Shown here: positions 62,699-64,000 of the stretch, in pieces
Layout of the letters: every line of letters starts with the position of its first letter
Position numbering within the stretch: position 1 is the stretch's first letter
Assembly: GCA_010356995.1 (NCBI GenBank)
Contig: ML996691.1
Coordinates: forward strand, 998,174 to 1,062,173
Reading direction: 5' to 3'
DNA from: Trichodelitschia bisporula
Lineage: Eukaryota
Length of the DNA: 64,000 bases
Translations under genes and position numbers: made by a program
Notes under the pieces: model-generated
The model's database searches: none
Seen by the model: only the letters and a program-made list of their open reading frames with translations
What the model was told of the DNA's origin: nothing

Positions 62699-63241
62699 TT
62701 ACCAGCGACCGCCGCCCACATTCCCCCCGTTCCCATTCGCAGCATCGAACTCCTTGATTGCGGCGTCCCACTCGCGCCGGTGCGTCTGCTGCACCATGTC
62801 CACGCCGCCGACGTAGAGTAGCGGGTGCTGGCGGCCGGGGGCGAGAGTGTAGCTATCGTTCCCCATCAGCCCAAGTCCCAAGTCCAAGCAAGCTTCCACG
62901 GGGGGGTGAGGGGGTGAGGGGTTCGCTTACCAGACTTTGGTGCTGTCACACGCAGCATCAAGGATCTCCCCGCCCGCACGCTGGATCAGGTCCCGCACCT
63001 CGGCCAAGGCGCCCGGCAGGCGCGACGACGGGGTCCCGGCCAGGCTAACGCTGGTGTACTCCTTAAGGTTGTAGTGCGCGTAGACGTCGATGTCGCGGCT
63101 GGCGGAGGTGGTGCGGGAGGGGCTGCGACGCTCGCTCCCGGTGCTGGAGATGGAGCTGCGGCTGGTGCTGCTGCGGGGAGGGGAGGGGCGGTGGGTGGGG
63201 GAGGAGTGGGTGGGGATGTAGCTGAAGGGTTCGGTGTACAT
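62699..63241 (-). CDS. Small hypothetical protein, 1 intron
   Basis: A GTAAGC..GCTGAT..TAG intron joins ...GGEILDAACDSTKVC to YTLAPGRQHPLLYVGGVDMV...GGGRW. Codons show strong C-ending bias. Confidence 0.65.
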
Positions 63242-64000
63242 GGTGACGGTGCTGGGGGGAGGGGACTTGGGAAGGAAGGGTGTTGCTGGGTTGGAAATGG
63301 AGTCGGGGTGAGGCAGTTGGATGCTGAGGCTGGATGGTGAGTTCTCGGGTCTCGTTGACAGTCTTATATATCCATCTCACGCCGGCTATGCCGAGCGCCG
63401 TTGTGGAGTCGTGCGACGCGCAACGTCCTTGCGCTGGAGTCAGTCATGGTGTTGTTATGGGAGGCGAGCAATGAGAGCGGGCCACGCCGTGCTGGCGCGA
63501 GGGCGATGCCAGCTCCATTGAGTATGTGTTGGTGCCCTGGTGGGTCCGTGAAGCTCCCAATCCCCAGCATCGGAGGTATACAATACACGCTGTAGGAGTA
63601 GCAAAAGACTACCTGAATACATGCATTAGTTGGACGCGCGCCTAAGCAGTAAAAGTGAGGCAACTCGGATAGCAAGTGACAAGTGACAAAGCAGGGTATC
63701 AATCAGCCGCCCCACCATGAGGAGGAAAAGACAGTAAAAGCATCGCAAAATGAACCAAGCATTAATCCCGCGCCTATTCATTCGGTCGCCTCATCCATCG
63801 GTCTCTCCACCTTTCGCGCCCTGAGTGATGGAATACTAGACCGTTATTTTGGACACGCACGTCGTCTCGTGGCGCCAGCGAACGTGTGAGCTGTAGACCC
63901 TCCATTAGCCAATCATCCGAAACCGCCTCGAAGCCGGAACACCGCCACACCTATGGGCCCAAACGGCCTGCATCTCGGGCTCCAACGGGCTTCCATTCTC

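Overview
Gene-dense, GC-rich, intron-containing eukaryotic DNA. The short GT..CTRAC..AG introns and the gene set point to a filamentous ascomycete (Pezizomycotina, probably Dothideomycetes). All gene models were spliced by eye. In order: MSH2 (5'-truncated), a secreted FAD-linked BBE-like oxidoreductase, ADA1/HFI1, GCN1, a mitochondrial PPR-like protein, a 5.7 kb gene-poor stretch ending in an 83-aa microprotein, an intron-containing tRNA-Val(AAC), RPL18, a mitochondrial carrier, UBC4, a Trf4/Cid-family nucleotidyltransferase with a mitochondrial-type presequence, a DENND6-like protein, a 73-aa microprotein, TPS2, VAC14, a ~3.5 kb accessory/decaying island, a polyQ protein with an SS18/SSXT-like domain, MAD1, a hypothetical protein, a PQ-loop transporter, BFR1 and a small hypothetical protein. 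The strongest unexplained signals are: (1) a 108-bp-arm near-perfect fold-back at 49719-49959, between a decayed peptide-repeat ORF and a pseudogene of an ADP-ribosyltransferase-like protein; (2) a ~190-nt rod-like RNA structure filling RPL18 intron 1; (3) TPS2 ending in the PTS1 tripeptide SRL and having two possible in-frame starts; (4) two introns that appear to require GAG 3' splice sites. No CRISPR, rRNA or intact transposon was seen. I cannot establish novelty without database searches.
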